Assembly: GCF_009914755.1 (NCBI RefSeq)
Contig: NC_060936.1
Source: the human T2T-CHM13v2.0 reference genome, Homo sapiens
Direction: 5' to 3' (one strand)
DNA: 64,000 nt
Shown here: piece after piece, positions 1 through 12,971 of the stretch
How positions within the stretch are numbered: position 1 is the stretch's first letter
How the letters are laid out: each line of letters opens with the position of its first letter
Position numbers and translations under genes: made by a program
The notes under the pieces: model-generated
What the model was told of the DNA's origin: nothing
Database searches by the model: none
What the model saw: only the letters and a program-made list of their open reading frames with translations

Positions 1-2309
1 ACAGCAAGTAAGGCAGTAACAGTGTTGCAAACATTGTAGGATGTCTCACTCAACATAATGTATAATATTTATTCCCTTGCTTGTCTGTATTATAGAAACA
101 CGATAGTGAAATACCAACATTCATGCCTCAGGGAGTACATGAGACACAGTTCTAGTCACTGAGATGTCAACAATAACCCCTGGTATGGCATCTCTTCTCA
201 AATAAGGTACTGTTAGAAGAAAACTTTTAGCTCACCCTTTCCCTCCTGCCTAGTGTGCAGGAAATATAAGGATGTAAATGCCCCATGTTTTAAAAATGAA
301 GTGAAATTCAGATGTTGAAGATTGTTTGGGATGACATTGTTGAGCACCAAGTGAAAAATAGGTTCCATGTTTCAACCACTATTCATTGGATTTATTTCTC
401 ACAAACACATTACTAACCGACAAAGGTAACAAGTGCATTTCAACTTTGGATAGGTCATGATTCTTAGCTGCAGACACTAGAAGCTAATCTAGCTCGTTTA
501 TTCTAATTTGTTAAGGAATTGGTTAGTGGAAGTCACATAATACAGAATTGTTAGGGTGGTTTTTAAGCTTGGCTACTACATGAGTAGAAGATGCACTTGA
601 AGAATGACATCTTTAGAAGAAATGCCCAACCACATCATGGGGTCACTGAAAGGGAAAGATATTGCCATTTCCATTGCCTCTACAATAGGAGCTAGAAACT
701 AGAAATTTTATCACATCTACCCCAGGAAACCCACATGCAACAGTTGCTTCGTGTTCTTTCTCTTCATTCATGTTTTATGCAGGTGCATCTGCTTGGAAGA
801 ACCTAAGTCCCATGCCTGCACACTTAGTTAAAAGGATATTTGGAAAATGCAGCTTATATGTTGCCAGCCTCTATTTTTCAAGAAAGCAAGCCAAAAAAGT
901 ACTGAAATGAGTGTGTGAGTGGTGAGTGAGTTAATATAAAGTGTCTGCAACAAACTGTGCCAACCTTGATTGGTACTGACTTCCTGGAGTGGTGTTCTGA
1001 GGAGTGGCTGAACATATGCATGCTCAGCAAGGAAGAGTGACACGATTTATTAGTGATATCTGTTGAGATACAGAGGGAAAGTTTGGATTTGCTTGCCACT
1101 TATTGTTTCATCTCCAAGCAAATACTGAAATAAAAAGGCCACTAAAGAGTGTCAGCTGGGGATTTGAGACAGATCAATTACAGGAAAGTAAGATCTGGAA
1201 AACACTAAGCTACTCTATTGCTGAGCTACTTAGTCTCAGGCAGAATTGGAGGAACTGAGATTACACAGAGAAGAGACAATGGAAGTAGGACTATCCTGGA
1301 ACAGAAATACACAAATTAGCACCCTTCCCTTGAGCTGAAGTTATTTTGTCACTTGTTTAGTCAATCTTTAGTTTGTGGGCAGAAAAACAAACAAACATGA
1401 ATCTAATTGGGGCTGAAAATTTATTTTAGAAACACCTGCTTCTGAAATCTTACAGAAGCATATTATATCAAAGGTTCCTTACCTTCAAGATCTATTCAGA
1501 AATGAATAAACTAAGACAAATAATATGTAATTTCTAGGCCCGTAAAACTTATCTGGCCATTTCTTTTTATATGTGAAAAATCTGTGACCCAGAGATACTA
1601 TGGCTTATGTAAGGTAAAAATGTTAGCAGAGTATTTAAGTATTTCTCAGGCCTATGCTTTTTCTATTAATATGTAATCACATGTTCATTTAATCATCCAT
1701 ATTAAAATGCCATTTTCTTAAATATTATATATAATAAAGAAATATATAAAATAAAGTCTCCATGAACAAGCAGTTTATAATAAAATGGATGAAAAAAGAC
1801 ACATAAATACTGCATTCTTTACAAATTCCAAAGGAAGGAAAGTCATAAAAAAAAAGTATGAAGTTGGAACCAGTCAGATTTTCAGTTCAGAATCTGCCTA
1901 TATGTGAAAAAGAGAAAATGAGTTTATTAAATTAATCACTGGAAAGAACAAAGAGCAAAGTTTTTAATTAATTTCCACAAAGAAGGCAAAAAACCCACTA
2001 TAGTATTGATGTGTTGAATATTCCTTCAAGTACTTCAAATATTTCTGTTTTCACAAATGTCACCTTTCATCATTTACTACCATCCTCACCAGCTGAGAAA
2101 AACAGATGCTTCCTTAGAAGCTACCAAGTCAAGGTCAGCTGCAAGGAAGAGTGGGATCATGAGTAGCTAGCATTTTCAGTTTTTATAGAAGGAGAATATT
2201 TGCCTCTTTCCATCAGTATTCTTAAAGTAAGGAATTCTCCTACCATAATGAGAGATTAAAAGGCTAGGTATCATAAATTTAAAAACTATGTCAATCACAA
2301 AATGCTACA

Positions 2310-2751
2310 AGAGATCTTGAAGTGATAGCTGCACTCCTATGTTCACTGCAGCATTATTTATAAGACACAAGACATGAAAATACCCTAAATGTACACTAAT
2401 AAATGGATAAAGAAAGATGTGGTATACACATACAATAAAACATTATTCATCCTTAGAAAAGAAAGAAATACCATCATATGTAGCAACATAAATAAGCCTA
2501 GAGAACATTACACTAAGTGCAATAAACAAGGCAAAGAAAGAGAAATACTGTGTGATATCATTTATATGTGGAATCTTAAAAAGTAAAACTCATAGCTACT
2601 CATACTACAGGGAATGGTATGGTGGTTGCCAGGGGCTGGGTAGACAAGAAAACAGGTATTTGCTATCGGACAGGTATAAATTTCAGTTACTCAAGTTGAA
2701 TAATTTCTAGAGATCTGCTATACAACAGTGTCTATAGTTAACAATACTGCA
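2310..2751 (+). mobile_element. Old L1 (L1MA9/L1MB-type) 3' end, left part; host of the L1PA insertion
   Basis: Typical L1M 3' motifs (ATGTTCACTGCAGCATTATT, AAATGGATAAAGAAAGATGTGG, TATATGTGGAATCTTAAAAAG, TTCTAGAGATCTGCTATACAAC...ATAGTTAACAATACTG). The sequence continues collinearly after 9218. Confidence 0.8.
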
Positions 2752-4092
2752 GCTTACATGGGCAAGATGGCCAAATAGGAAGAGCTCCGGTCTGCAGCTC
2801 ACAGCAAGATCAATGTAGATGGGAGGTGATTTCTGCATTTCCAACTGAGGTATCCGGCTCATCTCACTGAGACTGGTTAGACAGTGGGTGCAGGGTGCAG
2901 CCCATGGAGGGCAAGCAGAAACAGGGTGGGGCATTGCCTCACCTGGAAAGCACAAGGGGTTGGGGAACTCCCTCCCCTAGCCAAGGGAAGCCATGAGGGA
3001 CTATGCTGTGAGGAACAGTGCATTCTGGCCCAGGCACACTATGCTTTTCCCATGGTCTTTGCAACCCGCAGACCTGGAGATCCCCTCGGGTGCCTACACC
3101 ACCAGGACCCTGGGTTTCAAGTACAAATTGGGAAGCCATTTGGGCAGACATTGAGCTAGCTGCAGGGGCTTTTTTTTCATATCCCAGTGGCACCTGGAAT
3201 GCCAGTGAGACAGACGGTTCACTCCCCTGGAAAGGGGGTTGAAGCCAGGGAGCCAAGTGGTCTAGCTCAGTGGATCCCACCCTCATGGAGACCAGCAAGC
3301 TAAGATCCACTGGCTTGCAATTCTCACTGCCAGCACAGCAGTCTGAAGTTGACCTGGAACACTTGAACTTGGTGGGGGAGAGGCATTCACCATTATTAAG
3401 GCTTGAGTAGGCGGCTTCACCTCACAGTGTAAGCAAAGCCACCAGGAAGTTCGAACTGGATGGAGCCCACCACAGCCCTGCAAATCCACTATAGCCAGAC
3501 TGCCTCTCTAGATTCCTCCTCTCTTGGCAGGGCATCTCTGAAACAAAGGCAGCAGCTCCAGTCAGGGGCTTATAGACAAAACTCCCATCTCTTTGAAATA
3601 GAGCACCTGGGGGAAGGGGCAGCTGTGGGGGCAGCTTCAGCAGACTTAAACATTCCTGCCTGCTGGCTCTGAAGAGAGCAGAAGATCTCCCAGCACAGTG
3701 CTTGAGCTCTGCTAAGAAACAAACTGCCTCCTCAAGTGGGTCCCTGACCCCCATCCCTCCTGACTGGGAGACACCTCCCAGCAGGGGTCAACAGACACCT
3801 CATACAGGAGAGCTCCAGCTGGCATCTGGCGGGTGGCCCTCTGGGACGAAGCTCCTGGAGGAAGGAACAGGCAGCTATCTTTGCTGTTCTGCAGCTCCGC
3901 TGGTGACACCCAGGCAAACAGGGTCCGGAGTGGACCTCCAGCAAACTCCTGCAGACCTGCAGCAGAGAAGCCTGACTGTTAGAAGGAAAACTAACAAACA
4001 GAAAGAATAGCATCACCATCAACAAAAAGCATGTCCACACAAAAACCTCATCCAAAGGTCACCAACATCAAAGACCAAAGGTAGACAAATCC

Positions 4093-5124
4093 ATGAAGAT
4101 GAGGAAAAACCAGCACAAAAAGGCTGAAAATTCCAAAAACCAGAATGCCTCTTCTCTTTCAAAGGATCACAACTCCTCATCAGCAAAGCAACAAAACTGG
4201 ACAGAGAATGAGTTTGATGAATTGGCAGAAGTAGGCTTCAGAAGGTGGGTAATAACGAACTCCTCTGAGCTAAAGGAGCATGTTCTAATCCAATGCAAGG
4301 AAGCTAACAACCTTGAAAACTTGAAAAAATGTTAGAAGGATTGCTGACTAGAATAACCAGTTTAGAGAAGAATGTAAATGACCTGATGGAGCTGAAAAAC
4401 ACAGCACAAGAACTTTGTGAATTATGCACAAGTATCAATAGCCAAATCGATCATGCAGAAGAAAGGATATCAGAGATTGATGATCAACTTAATGAAATAA
4501 AGCTACATGAAAAGACCAAACCTATGTTAGATTGGTGTACCTGAAAGTGACGGGGAGAATAGAACCAAGTTGGAAAACACTCTTCAGGATATTATTCAGG
4601 AGAACTTTCCCAACCTAGCAAGACAGGCCAATGTTCAAATTCAGGAAAGACAGAGAACACCACAAAGATACTCCTCAAGAAGAGCAACCCCAGGACACAT
4701 AATCATCAGATTCACTAAGGTTGAAATGAAGGAAAAAATGTTAAGGGTAGCCACAGAGAAAGGTTGGGTTATCCACAAAGGGAAGCCCATCAGACTAACA
4801 GTGGATCTCTCTGTAGAAACCCTACAAGCCAGAAGAGAGTTGGGGGCCAATATTCAACATTCTAAAGAAAAGCATTTTCAACCTATAATTTCATATCCAG
4901 CCAAGCTAAGCTTCATAAGCAAAGGAGAAATACAATCCTTTACAGACAAGCAAATGCTGAGAGATTTTGTCACCACCAGGCCTGCCTTACAAGTTGCTCC
5001 TAAAGGAAGCACTAAATATGGAAAGGAAAAACTTGTACCAGCCACTGCAAAAACATACCAAATTGTAAAAACCATCGACATTATGAAGAAACTGAATCAA
5101 CTAATGGGCAAAATAACCACCTAG
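4093..5124 (+). pseudogene. L1 ORF1p remnant (frameshifted, internal deletion)
   Basis: ORF pieces MRKNQHKKAENSKNQNAS..., LTRITSLEKNVNDLMELKNTAQEL, ENTLQDIIQENFPNLARQANVQIQE... lie in different frames. Confidence 0.92.
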
Positions 5125-5131
5125 CATCATA

Positions 5132-5333
5132 ATGACAGGATCAAATTCACAAATAACAATATTAACCTTAAATGTAAATGGGCTAAATGTCCCAATTAAA
5201 AGACACAAACTGGCTAATTGGAAAAAGAGTCAAGACCCATCGATGTGCTGTATTCAGAAGACCCATCTCACATGCAAAGATTCATATAGGCTCAAAATAA
5301 AGGGATGGAGGAATATGTACCAAGCAAATGGAA

Positions 5334-5370
<37 letters not shown>

Positions 5371-8300
5371 AAGGAAAAGAAAACAACAACAACAACAACA
5401 AAAAGCAGTGGTTGCAAAACTAGTCTCTGGTAAAACAGACTTTAAACCAACAAAGATCAAAAATACAAAGAAGGGCATTACATAATGGTAAAGGGATCAA
5501 TGCAACAAGAAGAGCTAACTATCCTAAATATATATACACCCAATACAGGAGCACCCAGATTCATAAAGCAAGCTCTTAGAGACCTATGAAAAGACTTAGA
5601 CTCCCAGACAATAATAATGGGAGACTTTAACATCCCACTGTCAATATTAGACAGATCAATGAGACAGAAAATTAACAAGGATATTCAGGACTTGAACTCA
5701 GCTCTGGATCAAGTGGACCTAACAGACATCTACAGAATTCTCCACCCCAAATCAACAGAATATACAGTTTTCTGAGCACCACATTGCACTTAATCTAAAA
5801 TTGACCACATAATTGGAAGTAAAACACTCCTCAGCAAATGCAAAAGAAGGGAAATCATAACAAACAGTCTCTCAGACCACAGTGCAATCGAATTAGAACT
5901 CAGGATTAAGAAACTCACTCAAAACTGCACAACTACGTGGAAACTGAACAACCTGCTCCTGAATGACCACTGTGTAAGTAATGAAGTTAAGATAGAAATA
6001 AGTAAGTTTTTTGAAACCAGTGAGAACAAAGACACAACATACCAGAATTTCTGGAACACAGCCAAAGCAGTGTTTAGAGGGAAATTTATAGCACTAAATG
6101 CCCACAGAAGAAAGCAGGAAAGATCTAAAATCGACACCCTAACATCACAATTAAAAGAACTAGAGAAGCAAGAGCAAACAAATTCAAAAGCTAGCAGAAG
6201 ACAAGAAATAACTAAGATCAGAGAAGAACTGAAGGACATAGAGACTCGAAAAACCTTTCAAAAAATCAATGAGTCCAGAAGCTGTTTTTTTGAAAAGATT
6301 AACAAAATTGATAGACCACTAGCCAGACTAATAAAGAAAAAGTGAGAAGAATCAAATAGACACAATAAAAATGATAAAGAGGATGTCACCACTGATCCCA
6401 CAGAAATAAAAACTACCATCAGAGAACACTATAAACATCTCTACACAAATAAACTAGAAAATCTAGAAGAAATGGGTAAATTCCTGGACACATACACCCT
6501 CCCAAGACTAAACCAGGAACAAGTCGAATCCCTGAATAGACCAATAACAAGTTCTGAAATTGAGGCAGTAATTAATAGCCTACAAAAAAAAAAAGGCCAA
6601 GAACCAGACGGATTCACAGCCGAATTCTACCAGAGGTACAAAGAGGAGCTGGTTCCATTCCTTCTGAAACTATTCCAAACAATAGAAAAAGGGGGAATCC
6701 TCCCTAACTCATTTTATGAGGCCAGTATCATCCTGATACAAAAGCCTGCCAAGGACACAAGAAATAAATTTCAGACCAATATTGCTGATGAATATCGATG
6801 TGAATATCCTCAATAAAATACTGGCAAACTGAATCCAGCAACACATCAAAAGCTTATCCAACACAATCAAGTTGGCTTCATCACTGGGTTGTAAGTCTGG
6901 CTCAACATACACAAATTAATCAACATAATCCATCACATAAACAGAACCAATGACAAAACCACATGATTATCTCAATAGATGCAGAAAAGGTCTTTGATAA
7001 AATTCAACACCGCTTCATGCTAAAACTCTCAATAAACTAGGTATTGATGGAATGTATCTCAAAATAATAAGATCTATTTATGACAAACCCACAGCCATTA
7101 TCATACTGAATGGGCAAAAGCTGGAAGCATTCCCTTTGAAAACCAGCACAAGACAAGGATGCCCTCTCTCACCACTCCTATTTAACATAGTATTGGAAGT
7201 TCTGGCCAGGGCAATCAGACAAGAGAAAGAAATCAAGGGTATTCAAATAGGTATAGAGGAAGCCAAATTGTATCTGAAGAAGACATGATTTTATATTTAG
7301 ACAACCCCATTGTTTCAGCCCAAAATCTCCTTAATCTGATAAGCAACTTCAGCAAAGTCTCAGGATACAAAATCAGTGTGCAAAAATCACAAGCATTCCT
7401 GTACACCAATAGCAGACAAACAGAGAGCCAAATCATGAACAAACTCCCATTCACAATTGCTACTAAGAGAATAAAATACCTAGGAATACAACTTACAAGG
7501 GATGTGAAGGACCTCTTCAAGGAGAACTACAAACCACTGCTCGAGGAAATAAGAGAGGACACAAACAAATGGGAAAACATTCTATGCTCATAGATAAGAA
7601 GAATCAATATTGTAACAATAGCCATACTGCCCAAAGTAACTTATAGATTCAATGCTATCCCCATGAAGCTACCACTGACTTTCTTCACAAAATTGGAAAA
7701 AACTACTTTAAACTCCATATGAAACAAAAAAGGAGCCTGTATAGCCAAAACGATCCTAAGCAAAAAGAACAAAGCTGGAGGCATCATGCTACCTGACTTC
7801 CAACTATACTACAAGGCTATAGTAACAAAAACAGCATGTTACTGGTACCAAAACAGATATATAGACCAATGGAACAGAACAGAGGCCTCAGAAATAACAC
7901 CACACATCTACAGTCATCTGATCTCTGACAAACCCGAGAAAAACAAGCAAAGGGGAAAGGATTCCTTATTTAATAAACGGTGTTGGGAAAACTGGCCAAC
8001 CACAGGCAGAAAACTGAAACTGGACCCCTTCCTTACACCTTATAGAAAAATTAACTCAAGTTGGATTAAAGACTTAAATGTAAGACCTAAAACCATAAAA
8101 GCCCTAGAAGAAAACCTAGGCAATACCGTTCAGGACCTAGGCATGGGCAAAGTCTTCTTGACTAAAACACCAAAAGCAATGGCAACAAAAGCCAAAATTG
8201 ACAATCGGGATTTAATTAAAAGAAAGAGCTTCTGCACAGCAAAAGAAACTATCACCAGAGTGAACAGGCAACTTACAGAATGGAAGAAAATTTTTGCAAT

Positions 8301-8999
8301 CTATCCATCTGACAAAAGGCTAATATCCAGAACCTTTAAGGAACCTAAACAAATTCACAAGAAAAAAACAAACCCATCAAAAAGTGGGCAAAGGATATGA
8401 ACAGACACTTCTCAAAAGAAGACGTTTATGTGGCCAACAAACATATGAAAAAAAGTTCATCATCACTGGTCATTAGAGAAATGCAAATCAAAACCACAAT
8501 GAGATACCATCTCACACCAGTTAGAATGGTGATAATTAAAAAGTCAGAAAACAACAGATGCTGGAGAGAATGTGGAGAAATAGGAATGATTTTACATTGT
8601 TGGTGGGAGTGTAAATTAGTTCAACCATTTTGGAAGACAGTGTGCTAATTCCTCAAGGATCTAGAACCTGAAATACCATTTGACCCAGCAATCCCATTAC
8701 TAGGTATATACCCAGAGGATTATAAATCATTCTACTATAAAGACACATGAACACGGATGTTTATTGCAGCACTGTTCACAATAGCAAAGACTTACTACCA
8801 ACCCAAATGCCCATCAATGATAGACTGGATAAACAAAATGTGGCACATAAACACCATGGAATACTATGCAGCCATAAAAAAGGATGAGTTCATGTCCTTT
8901 GCAGAGACGTGGATGAAGCTGGAAACCATCATTCTCAGCAAACTAAAACAGGAACAGAAAACCAAACACCAAATTTTCTCACTCATAAGTGCGAGTTGA
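5132..8999 (+). pseudogene. L1 ORF2p remnant (APE endonuclease, reverse transcriptase, C-terminal domain) with many stops and frameshifts
   Basis: MTGSNSQITILTLNVNGLN (endonuclease start), [26 protein letters not shown] and IKYLGIQLT (RT), CWRECGE..HCWWECK (C-terminal Cys-rich region), split over more than 8 ORFs. Confidence 0.95.
5337..5404 (+). repeat. A32 + (AAC)n microsatellite expanded inside L1 ORF2
   Basis: 32 A's, then GAAAGGAAAAGAAA and (CAA)n, where L1 normally has a short A-run (KQKKAG). Confidence 0.9.
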
Positions 9000-9218
9000 A
9001 CAATGAGAACACATGGACTCAGGGAGGGGAACGTCATACACTGGGACATGTCAGGGGGGTGGGGGGCTAGGGGAGGAATAGCATTAGGAGAAATACCTAA
9101 TGTAGATGACAGGTTGATGGGTGCAGTTAACCACCATGACACATGTATACCTATGTAACAAACCTCCACGTTCTGCACATGTATCCCAGAACTTAACGTA
9201 TAATAAAAAAATACTGCA

Positions 9219-9285
9219 TTGTGCACATAAAATGTTAAGGAAGTACATTCCATGTTAACAGTTCATTCTACTATTATAAAAAATA
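9219..9285 (+). mobile_element. Old L1M 3' terminus, right part (continuation of 2310-2751)
   Basis: TTGTGCACATAAAATGTTAAGG...CATGTTAACAGTT...ATAAAAAA continues the L1MA/MB terminal sequence directly after the TSD. Confidence 0.7.
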
Positions 9286-11653
9286 TGTAAAAATACAAAG
9301 AAACAACACAGAAAGCCAATTAAAAAACAAAAACAGAAAGCCACATGGTCTAATATTTTTTTCAGTAAAAATAATTGTAAGACTAATTCATGCTAAAATT
9401 CTTCTTCCATGTCCTATTTTCAGGAATGAGAATGAATGTTAGTTATTCCATAAAATTTTGCTGTATTGAGTTATACAGATACTTTTTATTAATTTGTGTG
9501 TATATATATCCAAATGACAAAGAATGTGTAAACATAAATATGAGGAACAGAATATGAATATAATTTGGTCCTTTATGAAAAATATATACTTCTAAAATCA
9601 AATTCAAAATTACATTTATCACTTTGCCCCAAACCCATCTGGTTCCTGACTTGATATGATGGTCTTTAATTCATTTGTCTCCCACGGCAAATACTTTTTC
9701 AGCCAATATATCTTCTGGGAGGTAAAAGGGCAAGCAATTCACCTCCTAAAACTAAACTCTGCTAAAGGAATCTGTTTTGCATTTTAAGGTCATTCCGTTG
9801 ATATCATAGATAGATAAAGGACACGTAAAAATTAAAGTCATTTTCTCTTCAGCTAATAATGCCTGCCTATATTGACTATATTTAGCTGTCACCTTAGCTC
9901 TAATCATTAGATTTATATTTTAAAATAACTAGGGCAAGTGTTACCTATTGAAAAAACAGTTCATCTTATTGAAGGAAAACAGAGAGGACAAATAATGCTT
10001 GGAATCATAAATGGAAAACATTAACAACACTCCCAGAACTTGTAATTATTTCTATATTGGTAGTTTAACCTTTAGAGAAAGTAAATAGTCTCTCTCTCTT
10101 GTGTGTCTATATCATCTTCACAGCTTTTTATAGAGCAGTTCTGTTTCCATATTTTATTAGCTTTTCAAGCACAGACATTTGTCACTAAACAACTTCCCCC
10201 AAACTGTGGCCAAATTGAATGAAAATCATATTTGAGAAGACATATTTACAAATAAAGATTATTTGAGATTCAGTAATACTTTGCCTTTATTTTTGGAAAT
10301 TTTATTCTGAAATCCATTGACTTTTAAATACATTTTTCTTTGATTATCTTAAAGTACTGAAGTGTGAAGATGAGTAACTTTATTTATAATAAAATTCATG
10401 CAACTCAAAAGCAAAATATCATTTCTTGCTTTTTCTTTTCAAAAGTCAACACTTTTCTTTCAATGATTTGTAACTTTTCTTAATATTAACACTGTTTTCT
10501 AATGCAAGGAAGCCTCAAGTGAAGTCAGTTGACAGAATCCTTACCATTAGAGGATTTTTGATATTTCTAATTTGAATTCCAATACAGTGAAAGAAGAAAA
10601 AAGGTGGAGATGAAAGGCAAAATGGGAAGTCAAGGAAGGAATAAAGCGACCTTGAATTAGGATAACAGTAGTTATAATGAAAATCCAAGGAAAACTGACG
10701 AATAAAAAAGAGTGTTAGCCGAATTCTATACAAAAGCAATGTATCAGGACATTTAGAAATAACTATAAAGTTTTGAAGCTGGGTGAGTACTCAGAGAATA
10801 GTAACTGCTATTGAACTAAAATATGAAAATGTTTTATGTATTTATTAATTTTCCTCTAAGATTCCACAGTTATGTTTTCTGTCCTTTGGAAAAAGTCAAT
10901 CAAAAGTAAGAAAGAAAAATTAAACAGACAAAAAAGAGAATTAAATATAAGACACAAGGAAAGAATTCTAATGCATTTCCAAATCCTAGTTTTAATTCTT
11001 CCTGTGGTTTAGTTGTATGCCTGCTTTATATACAACCTTGTTGTTTCATAGCATCTGGATATCCTTCTAATTAATTTATTTTTATTTCAACTATATAGAT
11101 TTCAGTTGCTGTTGTTTGCAAGGAAAATATTACCAAGAAATACAGTAGGAAAATATACCTAGTATAGGAAGTAAGGTGGTCAGAATTCACATAATTACTG
11201 CTTGAGTGGCAAAAACCTCCATGCCATTTGCCTCAGGTGGGTATTATATAAATTCCATCGGTGTCTCCGATGGGAAATGCTGTCACACTAAGATAAAGAT
11301 AAGACTTTCTTGAATCTCCCATGATCTCATTTTCAGAAGCCAGAATTAGAAACACTGAGGGATGAAGGTGTTTAGAAGGTATACCTGTGGGCAAGGAGTT
11401 TCTCTTTAGATTTTGAAGTAAAAATACACATTGCAACATGTAACAGCACACAGCCTGGGTTTGTGGGAAAATTATTTACAGTGACTTTAAGGAAGATGCA
11501 AGGGTGTAGGTCTTAAATGAGGGGAGGGAGGACAGAGACAGCAACCAGCACTTTACTGAAGGAAAGAACTCCCCAGGTCAGAGCACAAAGACACAATTTC
11601 CCTTTAAGGGCAAAGAATTTTTGCTCTTCCAGCCTAGGAGATTATTTTCTGGA

Positions 11654-12458
11654 CCAATATTGTCCAATAAAAATATAATACATGTTATTTTATACTTTCT
11701 AGTAGCCCCATTAATGAAAGTAAAAAGAAACAGGTGAAATGAACTTAATAATATATTTTAATTCAATATATCCAAAATATTATTTCAAATTATAATCAAC
11801 ATAAAAATATTAGAGATACTTAACTTTTTTTGTACCAAGTCTTCAAAGTCCAAAGTGTACTTTACACTCACATCACATCTGAACTTGGACTGTCCACATT
11901 TCTCTGCTCAGTAGCCACATGTTGGAAGTAAATGCTCAGTGCTGCCAAGTGAAAATAGCACTCAGGCAAAAGTTTTCTCAGCAAGGCAATTTACTTCTAT
12001 AGAAAGGCGCATCTTGCAGATGGAGCAATGGTGAGAACACACTGAACAAAGGAAAGCAGGGGCTTTTATTTCTAATGCAATTGGTTTCTACTACTGTGTC
12101 CTGTCTCCACTCGCTGGAGCTGGACCGCACAATCTAAACTGGTCGTGGTTAGCTAATTTGAAGGGAGCAGGAAGGGGGTTACACTGGTGGAAAGGGCAGT
12201 TTTGGCGGGACGAGCCATTGTGGCAGGAAGGGTAAATTACAGGGTGAGCAGCAGATGTGGAATGTAGGCTCTGGAGATAAGGACTGACAGGGGAGTTGTT
12301 TACTGAAACCAGGACAGGGAGACAGAAAGAGTAAGAAAGTATGGCCTTGAAAGCAGGAAACAAAGAACAAGGGAACTTGGACAAGCTAAACCTTTGAAGA
12401 AATTCTTACTGTGTTTAACACACATGAGGTGTGTGACTTCAGTCCTGAACCCCACAAG
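11654..12458. mobile_element. MER33 (hAT-Charlie MITE), interrupted near one end by MER61
   Basis: TGTCCAATAAAAATATAAT...TTTCTAGTAGCCCCATT...AAAAAGAAACAGGTGAAAT...TGCTCAGTAGCCACA, resuming TGAGG... after the LTR. Confidence 0.85.
11920..12420 (-). mobile_element. MER61-family solo LTR (ERV1)
   Basis: TG...CA termini; AAATAGCACTCAGGCAAAAGTTTTCTCAGCAAGGCAATTTACTTCTATAG; 4-bp TSD CACA at 11916-11919 and 12421-12424. Confidence 0.85.
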
Positions 12459-12971
12459 CCTGTACAGTAGAGTGGTGGGCAACGCTGCTGTCCTGCTCCT
12501 CTTCAAATATTCCTTTTAACTTATCTTTTCTTTCAACTCCTGTATTATATAGAGTCAGTTGGAAGAGGTTCATTTTAAAATCTTGCCATAAATTGATTTA
12601 AAATTCCAGAACAAAATGAGCCAAAATCAGACCTTACCAAATCAAACACTCCCTTCAAGAGTTCCTAAACTTTAAGTGGAATTTTAATCTAAAGTTACTG
12701 TAGGATTTTCCTTGGAAACCATTGAGGTGGACTGTATGAGTTTTCTTTGTGGGTTGTCCTGAAAGGTGAACACTATCCTTTCCCACCTCCCAGGACATGT
12801 TTTGTAGGTGAATCTCCACACAGTGGTGGAGAATAGAACATAGACTCGACCAGTTAGCTAACCAAATAAAGTCCATAACTAGATGTATGTTAAAAGATCA
12901 GCATACATTTCCTTTTTCTCATCAAACTATCAAACTGTCCTCAGTTTGCTTTTACCTGAACTGGAGCCCAT

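Larger units (their letters stand above)
2752..9209 (+). mobile_element. Full-length LINE-1, L1PA7/L1PA8-like, inactivated
   Basis: 5'UTR begins GGCAAGATGGCCAAATAGGAAGAGCTCCGG; ORF1 and ORF2 remnants follow; 3' end GTATCCCAGAACTTAACGTATAATAAAAAA; TSD AATACTGCA at 2743-2751 and 9210-9218. Confidence 0.95.

Noticed and set aside
100-870. Very old MaLR/ERVL LTR fragments
   Set aside because: The resemblance is too weak to set boundaries or a family without a search.
4093-8999. L1 ORF1/ORF2 as functional CDS (RT/endonuclease system)
   Set aside because: Multiple stops, frameshifts and deletions, and the YADD-type RT motif region (~7270-7290) is damaged; an ordinary dead L1.
12365-12390. p53 response element in MER61
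   Set aside because: Only one near-consensus half-site (GGACAAGCTA) with overlapping degenerate ones; no properly paired RRRCWWGYYY dimer.
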